This document shows, piece after piece, positions 58,201 to 64,000 of a DNA stretch of 64,000 nt; the first letter of the stretch is position 1, and every line of letters begins with the position of its first letter. Below the pieces are notes generated by a model. That model was not told the DNA's origin, ran no database searches, and saw only the letters and a list, made by a program, of their open reading frames with translations. The DNA lies in assembly GCA_036172245.1 (NCBI GenBank), contig JAYWIR010000036.1:930001-994000 (forward strand), read 5' to 3'. A program made the translations under genes and the position numbers. The stretch comes from Raillietiella orientalis (lineage: Eukaryota).

Positions 58201-61200
58201 CCGTCGGCAAGCCCCTCGGCTTACGGTCCTCCTCCCCCCACCCTTTTCCTTTCGCTCCGTTCCCCCGAAGTCGGAAGGTCCAGGCGGGCGAATTCGCTGC
58301 CGTTCCAAGCCGGGGACGGTGGCACCGTTGCCAGGAGGCCGACCGCCTCCGGAGGCACAGCAGCAGCGTTCCGAGGCAGTCGATTTGTTTCCTCAACGGC
58401 AACCGGGAGCGAGACAAATGACTTCCTGGATACGTGGGTAGCGCGGCAGGCACCGTGGTATCCCCGCGGTTTCCCCTCCGCGTGGGCTCCGGCTTCGAGG
58501 AGGGGAGGCCCGGGCGGTGCTGCCATCGATCGGAGCGACTAGGAGGCACCCTTGCTGCCGGCTCGCAGGTCGCGCGGAAGCCCTCCGGGCCTGCCCACCC
58601 CGGCGCCGCCTGTGGGAACGGAAAGCGAGGCTTCCGCTCACTCCCCCCCCCCCCTTCCTCGTCCTCCCTCCAACCCGTTCGCGCGCGCCCGTTCGAGGGC
58701 GGAACTTCCCGAGTGCTGCCTCCACGCGGCAAGGGGAGGCACTTCGCGCGCGCCGCCCGCCGGAAGGGTTCTCGTCCGCCGGAAGCGGGCGTCTGGTCTT
58801 CGAGGTCGCCGCCGCCCCACCCGGGGCCCCACCTTTCGGCGAGTTCCCCCTTCGGTCGACCCGGGATGCGAGGAAGGAGGGAAAGCGATTCTCTTCCGCG
58901 CGGAGGATCAATTTATGTATGAATCCGCTCTCCACAGAGCGCATACAAATCCCAGCTGGGGGCTCGCGCGCGCGGCGAAGGGTCCGCGGCTCTCCTGAGT
59001 TATTCATCACGCATCATCCGTGCCGCCTCCTTTATTTGTTGTTGCTGCTGTTTCCCCCTTTTTTCTCCTGCCCTCCCCCATCTCCTTTTTTTTAATGAGT
59101 TGACATAAAGATTGTTAACAAAGAGTGAGCGCCTCCGGAACGAGGGAGGTGTGTGACGTGGAGGGAATGGGGAAGGCGGGAGGAGGAAGCGCAGAGCCCG
59201 TTTTCCGAAGGGGAGGGGGCGGAGGGGAGGCCATGCTCAAGCGGTCCATTCGGAATGCGAGGACGACCCTCCCTCTGGAACTCGCCCTTGGACAGCGCAC
59301 GAAACACGCAGCAAGCAGGGCGAGCACAAGACGGTTCCCATGGTCCCACATGTCCCCGAGCCTGCCTCCCCGTGCTAAACCATGGGCCTCTCTCATGCGT
59401 ACCATGAACGGGTCGCGCGTCGATCTGATCTCATTAATCGCTCGGACGTGGCATCTCAGGTCATCTGAGGATGTTCCGTCTCTCGAAAGCTCCCTCATTG
59501 CGTATTCATAGTGCGCTTCCGTCTCCTCCTCCCCCCCCCTTTATCAGGAACGAGTTTGTTTTCGTCACGTATCGGATGGGTGTGATTAATATGCAACTGA
59601 AGGAGACGTGGGGCCACACCATCAATTCATTCGCCATCTTGGACTCCTGATCGCTGAAAAATGGTTGTTTACCGTTCTGTGGATGTATGGTACCGGGTGT
59701 GACGCATCTTGTACAGTGCAGGATGATGGATACAAAGAGAACGGAATTGTGGGAGAATGCAGAGCGGCACTGCGAAGACAGAGGAGACTCGCCATAAATA
59801 GAACTCCCGCTCGGCGGGAGCCAATCGCATCGCGGCGGCACCGTCCCCATTGTTGCCCCGCATTGTTTTCAGGCGGCCGGTGCCTTAAAGACAGGCTGGG
59901 AGGCTCCCGGCGCGCTCACTGCTTGGCGGACGTGCAGGAGGGTCGCCTCGACCTCGCCGGCCCCCTTCCCCCCCGAGTCCGCTCGTGGGCGGGGCGAGGG
60001 CGGGGCCGCCCCTCGTTCCCTCCCCCCATGATGGCTGTCTAGACCCCGGCGGGCCTCGGAGAGCGGCATCCACGCCCCTTTGGAGGAGGCCGGCGCTCCA
60101 ACGCAGTGGAGGCTTCCTCCCCAGCGCGGCTCGCCCCCTGCAAGGAGGGAGCTCCCGTCCCTCAGCCTCGGAGACCTCGGCCGGTCAACCGGAAGAGGGT
60201 CAACAATGGTTACGCAACGGATCGCGGCCACGGGAGCTCAGGTGAGAGGACGGGGGAGAGAGGCGACGTCCCTTCCTGTTTCTCCTGTTTGAGGCAGGGT
60301 GAGCTCGGAGACTCTCCATGCCCGCTCCCCGAACCCGCCCATAGCCCTCCGGCTCCTCTGCCCCCGTGGGGTCTGGAGAGGGAAGACTTTCCGGCCTTAC
60401 GCTCCCTTCGGCAGTCAGGTCGTGGCAGGGAGGGAGGGGTAACGCCTTTCTCCCTTTCCTGCCCTCGGACGGACCAGGACGATGGGGAGAGGGCAAGCGT
60501 CGCCCCGCGGGGTTCCAGTCAGGACCTGAAGTCTCCCCGGGACCGCGGGAGCTCGTGTCAGGGAGAAAGAGCGAGTTTGTCTCCCGGGAGCAGAGCGAAA
60601 GGGGAAGGAGGGAGGGGGGAGGGAAGAAGGGAGAAAGGGTGTCACTCCGGTCCTTTCCCTTCCCTTTTCCCCCCGCCGGCTTCCGGGAAGAGAGCATCTT
60701 CTCCCCCGGGAGTCCTCCTCCTTCTCCCCGGTCGGAGGAAGGAACACGGACGACGCGTTCCGGGACTTCGGCCCCGGGAAGCCGGAGGGACCTTCCGAAC
60801 CTCCTCAGAATGAGTGAGGGGCCCGGAAGCGCCCCGAAGGCAGCCGGCGCGTCCGGGAAGGGACTTCCCGGCGCCCGCCCTTCCTGGAAGGGAGTCGGTC
60901 GCTTTCCACGTCACTCCGAACCCTCCTGCTCACGGGGGGAACCAACAGCCTATCGCCTCCCCCTGCGGGTCTTCCGTGGCCTCCTCAGGGGTCTCTGCGC
61001 GATTTCCGGCTGCTTCCTTCTGGAGCATTCCTCCCGGACCCTCCGGAGCTCAGGTCCCGGACCGTCCGCGCTCCAGGAGTCGGAACTGCCGCTCCGAAGA
61101 CTCCCCTGCCTGACCGCTGTCGTTCGAGCGGCCGTCTCCAGGGGCGCTGTCCCCCGTTCTCCCCTCCTACCTCGCCTTCGGGCTCGGTTGCAGGGGCAGG

Positions 61201-63699
61201 GGTCATCCTGGAGAGATCTCTCGCCCCCCCCCCCCTGCCCGAGAAGTTTGCATCGGTTTCTCCGCCGCAAATTTCCAGTATGGCACCCTCTCTGGGCACC
61301 CTCGCCGGCATCCCCTGGGCCGCCCGTCGGTCTCCTCGAGAAGATAGGGGCGAGGGCTGCCGTCTCGGCCCTCCGAGTCCGTGGGAGCGGCGCCAGGGTT
61401 GCTTTCCGCCGCCACCGGAAGGTCTTCCCCAGGGAGACTACTCTCAAATCTCAGTCGGGATGCGCCTTCGACCCCCGGAGGATGGCAAGCATCGCGGTGC
61501 GGCCGAGGCGCTTCCTGGACGTCCCGATGCCTCGCGCTCCCCGAAGTCTGTGGCAAGCTCCCGGTCCCCTCCTCGTCGCTGGTATAGTCCCCCGTGCGAG
61601 GGGGTAGGCGCTTCCGGCTTGGGGGCCAAGGGAATGATCCTTTCCCTTCGCGGAAGCTGGCAGGAGGTTCCCTCCTTACCGGCGCTCCAGAGGCTGATCC
61701 GGACAAATCCCTGCGCGCTCCCTCCCTCTCTCGCCGCAGCCGCGCAGCGGTCCTCAAATAGTCCGGGCCAAGGACGCCCGCCTATTTCAGACCTGAAATG
61801 GTTCCAAGCTGCTCGCCCCCTATTTTCCACCCATCCCCACCTCCAGGATGAAAGCTCCCTCCGTTCCCTCCCTCTTTTCTTCCCCGCGTTAAATTCCACG
61901 ACGAGGGGCGCTCCCCCAAAGAGCCGCCGCCGCTGTCTCCACGGAAACCTCCTTCCCCGGCCCCATTCCCTATCCGCCGCATGCCGGACGAAGCGCGCTG
62001 CTCCCTCCGCACAGCTGGCTACCGCCTTTGCCCCCCTCCGGCGTGCCTCCTGAACTCGGCAGCTCCCTTCGTACAGGTCCGGCTAGCGGGGAGAGACAAC
62101 GAAGACGCAGACACGCCCCTTCCCTTCCCGATTCCATCAGACTGGAAATTCTCTGGGGAATTTCGGAGAATCCGACGTGGCGCTTCCAGGAGGAGTCCCT
62201 TCTTCCTGGTGATCCTCGAGCGGTAACTTCGCCACCCGGTCAGCCTGGGATGATGGACCTGTGAACGCGGCTCCCGGCTGGGAATGGGGAGTTCCAGGGA
62301 AGAATCCCTTCAGGGTATCAGACAGACTGCTCTGAAAGTCCGGAACGGGCGTGAGAGGACAGCAAATAGAGGATGGGGTCAGGACGTCAGCTATCCCTTC
62401 CTTCTGAGACCGGCGCCTACCCGATCTCTCCTTCCTTGCGAGGCCACCCCACGGCCGCCGTCATCGAGGCGACCGCCGTGTGCGTGGCGCATCCCTTCGC
62501 TGCTGCGCCCTACCCTCCAGCAAATGGCGGGCGGCGACGACGGCGCGGAAGGCGCAACGCGTCGTCGCGGCACCCCTCGCGACGAATCGCCGCGGCAGGT
62601 CACGGGCGGGATCCCCCGTACGGAGAAGCGCCGAAGACGGCAGCCTTCACCGCCGCTGACACAGTTCCGTCGCGGCCCGTCAGGAGATGCGCTCCCCACC
62701 CCGCACCTGGAAAAGCAGTTCGGGGGAAGCCACTCTCCCGGAGACGAGGTGCCTGCGCTGGTCGCCCTGGCAACCCCAGAGCGGAAAGAAACGGCAAGAT
62801 CTTTAGCTCGAGGGAGACGCCGAGACATTGGCGCGCAGGGGCAGGACGGCGAGCGTTTCAAGGGGAAGGGGGTAAGTTGGGGGCACTCGACAGTCCTCTG
62901 CACCGGAGGGCCCTTCTCGTCCTTCTCAATCTTCACCCGGGAACGAGGCTCGGCGTCGCGTCCTCCAGCTCGCTCGCCTCTCGGCCGGCCACCCGGGAGT
63001 TTTGGTTCACTCCCGCAACGGAGCGGGCAGGGAGCTCCCTCCCCTTTGGTGAAGGGCAACTGCCCCGAGGGCAGACGGTGCTGCGGCAAGGGATGCGGCG
63101 GCCGTGCGGGCGTTCTCCGTCCAGCCCTGCGGCGCTTCTCCCGGAGAAAGGCTGTGGAGCGAGTCCTTTCGGGGTCGCTGAGGTGCAATTCGGAATGCAG
63201 GCAGGGGTGCCAGGTGTTCTTCCCGCGAGAAACCCCGCCCTGCCTTCCTGCTCCGGAGACCTCGGAAGCGCCCTGTCCCGGCTAGCGCCCTAAAGCGGGC
63301 GCTCTGGGGTCACCGACGATGTCTGCTTCTTCCAGCTTCCCGGACGAGGACCGCTCTTTCCCTTCCTGGCCGCTTTTCCCGGCCTAGAGCATCCTCTCTC
63401 CGAGGGGTCGTGGACATCTCACCGTGCGGGCACTGGAAGACCTCAGGCCGACCGATGGCCGAGAGCGCTGATTTTCCATGCACAGAGTCCTCGGAGGGCA
63501 AGGCATCCTGCGGGAGATCCCCTCGCACCCCCTCCCTCGCGCGCGATGAGGGAGGCGCAGGAAATCCGTAGCGGTCTCCACGCAACGGAGCTCTTCGTCC
63601 CCTCTCCGCCTTCCGCGCCGGGAACGAGGAGTGCGTCGTCGTTGGTTTCGAGTCGCCCCCTCAGGATGGAGCTGGTTGACCTCGGTCGGCTTTGGGAGC

Positions 63700-64000
63700 G
63701 GAACTGGAAGGAGTTGACGTCGACTGGCCGGGACTGGGAGTGGAACCTCCGGGGTCCTGCCAGGATTCACGGAGCTCTTCGGGGTTCCTCTCCGGTGGTG
63801 CAAATGGAGCCGTTGCCATGGAGCTGGTTGATACCCCCCCTCCCTCTCGAAGGTTGCCTCTCCAGAGTGCAAGAAGCGCGCTGCTCCTTTAGGGAGTGCC
63901 CCTCAGAAAAACCTGGAAAGTTCCCTTCGAAGGAGGAAACCAGGATCGACCCGCACAAACAGGGGGATTCCTCCGGAGAGAAGAAGGAAGATGTGGTTCC
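63700..64000 (+). mobile_element. Copy of the family-2 repeat; the element probably extends upstream to ~62000
   Basis: GACTGGCCGGGACTGGGAGTGGAACCTCCGGGGTCCTGCCAGG resembles 1821-1863, and GGTTGCCTCTCCAGAGTGC resembles 1957-1975. Confidence 0.5.

Noticed and set aside
1..64000. CRISPR arrays, rRNA, prokaryotic operons or defence systems
   Set aside because: I saw no regularly spaced repeat-spacer array or rRNA-like sequence, and the supported genes are spliceosomal.

Overview
This is eukaryotic, probably arthropod-like genomic DNA: GC-rich, with spliceosomal introns as short as 50 nt and dense with decayed repeats. Most ORFs in the supplied track are GC-rich noise. I reconstructed the supported genes by hand from splice signals. 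(1) A 4-exon p24/TMED (emp24/gp25L, gamma-type) gene lies on the minus strand at 35157-38031 (233 aa). (2) A tandem minus-strand cluster encodes small, highly divergent four-transmembrane proteins resembling LAPTM4/DUF4728. Three models are complete and share an invariant 57-nt middle exon and phase-0 introns: 23741-24718, 19885-20404, and 17314-17527 joined to 8038-8316. A fourth homologous terminal exon at 3538-3786 has no exons 1-2 that I could find and may be an alternative last exon. The remainder is mostly relics of L1/Tx1-clade non-LTR retrotransposons (at least two families), a tRNA-derived SINE pair, simple repeats and local duplications. The most striking non-coding signal is a 3'-terminal module, AATAAACG(C)-CCCGG-N4-5-CCGGG-TG, present six times. 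It shows a compensatory stem change, lies inside target-site duplications in two very short insertions, and ends with almost no poly(A). This suggests stem-loop-dependent retrotransposition. Family names come from motif recall, not database searches.
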